Assembly: GCF_000485595.1 (NCBI RefSeq)
Contig: NW_014577061.1
Span: 782,728 to 805,910 of the forward strand
Reading direction: 5' to 3'
Origin: Priapulus caudatus
Lineage: Eukaryota
DNA: 23,183 bases
Every line of letters starts with the position of its first letter. Within the stretch, counting starts at the first letter, position 1. Both the position numbers and the translations under genes were made by a program. This document shows positions 22,499-23,183 of the stretch, one piece after another. The notes under the pieces were generated by a model. It searched no databases and was not told where the DNA came from. It saw nothing but the letters and a program-made list of their open reading frames with translations.

Positions 22499-22538
22499 CA
22501 AGAGTAGATAATAGGGAATTCCCTATTATCTACTCCTG
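22499..22538. mobile_element. 40-bp palindromic mini-element (34-bp perfect palindrome) with probable 7-bp TSD
   Basis: CAA-GAGTAGATAATAGGGAATTCCCTATTATCTACTC-CTG; flanks ATAATAG (22492-22498) and ATAATAA (22539-22545). Confidence 0.6.
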
Positions 22539-22788
22539 ATAATAAGTAACAGAAAACAGCGGCCAGTAAGTATAGTAGTTGTTTTCTAGATCAATTAATA
22601 GATGCATTGCTAAATAATTCTGCCATCTAAAGACATATCGCTTCACACTAAGCTCTTGTTAAACCGAGATTACTAAATTAATCTGATTATACCACAGTTT
22701 GGACAGAATCGTTGCACAAGGATTTATTGTATATCAACTGCAAACGACAATACTGACAGGTAACTCGCAACGTGTGTACTTCCTCTAG

Positions 22789-23030
22789 ATAAAGAAACTG
22801 CAAGATCCGAAGGTGTGGCTGGACGCTGCCACCCAGATCTTCTACTCGTTAGGTCTAGGCTTCGGCACCCTGATTGCGTTTGCCAGCTACAACCCGCCGA
22901 CGACTAACTGCCGGCGCGACGCCATTTTAGTGTCCATCATCAACTGCGGAACCTCGCTGCTCGCTAGCATAGTCGTCTTTGCCATTCTCGGCTTCAAGGC
23001 GCTCAGTATGCACACGACCTGCCTGCAAGA
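22789..23030 (+). CDS. SLC6 neutral amino acid transporter, next internal exon (TM6-TM7); gene continues past the right edge
   Basis: Acceptor TACTTCCTCTAG|, 242 nt: [80 protein letters not shown], donor GA|GTGAGC; in phase with the previous exon. The GFKA......C ending points to the SLC6A15-20 branch. Confidence 0.95.
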
Positions 23031-23092
23031 GTGAGCCGTATTATTCAGATTCCTAATACAGTGTTTCCTACGGGGCGCCATGCAGGACAGGG

Positions 23093-23183
23093 CTCAATTT
23101 TGTCTAACAAAACTCAATTCTGTCTCATAAAACTCAATTTTGTGAACACAAAACTCAATTCTGTCAATCCTGTACCACAAAAC
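23093..23183. repeat. ~20-bp tandem repeat, runs off the window
   Basis: Unit AAAACTCAATTyTGTCwmAy, four or more copies; possibly the subterminal array of a TE. Confidence 0.8.

Noticed and set aside
23093..23183. CRISPR-like or iteron-like array (also considered for 19228-19321 and 20519-20905)
   Set aside because: Units are contiguous without unique spacers, there are no cas genes, and the context is a eukaryotic intron.

Overview
Eukaryotic (animal, probably invertebrate) genomic DNA from a draft assembly with two N-gaps; no prokaryotic features, CRISPR arrays, tRNAs or rRNAs were seen. Four protein-coding genes can be read. (1) The first coding exon of exostosin-1 (EXT1), minus strand, running off the left edge and missed by the ORF track. 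(2) A complete three-exon DUSP3/VHR-like phosphatase, plus strand, 186 aa, also missed. (3) A single-ORF C2H2 zinc-finger gene with decayed fingers at both ends. (4) Two internal exons of an SLC6 neutral amino-acid transporter whose 5' exons I cannot find upstream. The rest is dense transposon debris: a LINE lacking its RT core, two L2/Crack-like 3' ends, a MULE-like MITE filled with microsatellites, a long-TIR family (one copy enclosing a Gypsy integrase fragment), Kolobok-like MITEs, two Helentron-type non-autonomous elements, 40-61 bp palindromic mini-elements with target-site duplications, and micro/minisatellites. I find no convincing new biological system. The best leads are the missing 5' half of the SLC6 gene, the minimal TIR-only elements and the TE-abutting zinc-finger promoter. 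All alignments were done by eye and TE superfamily labels are inferences.
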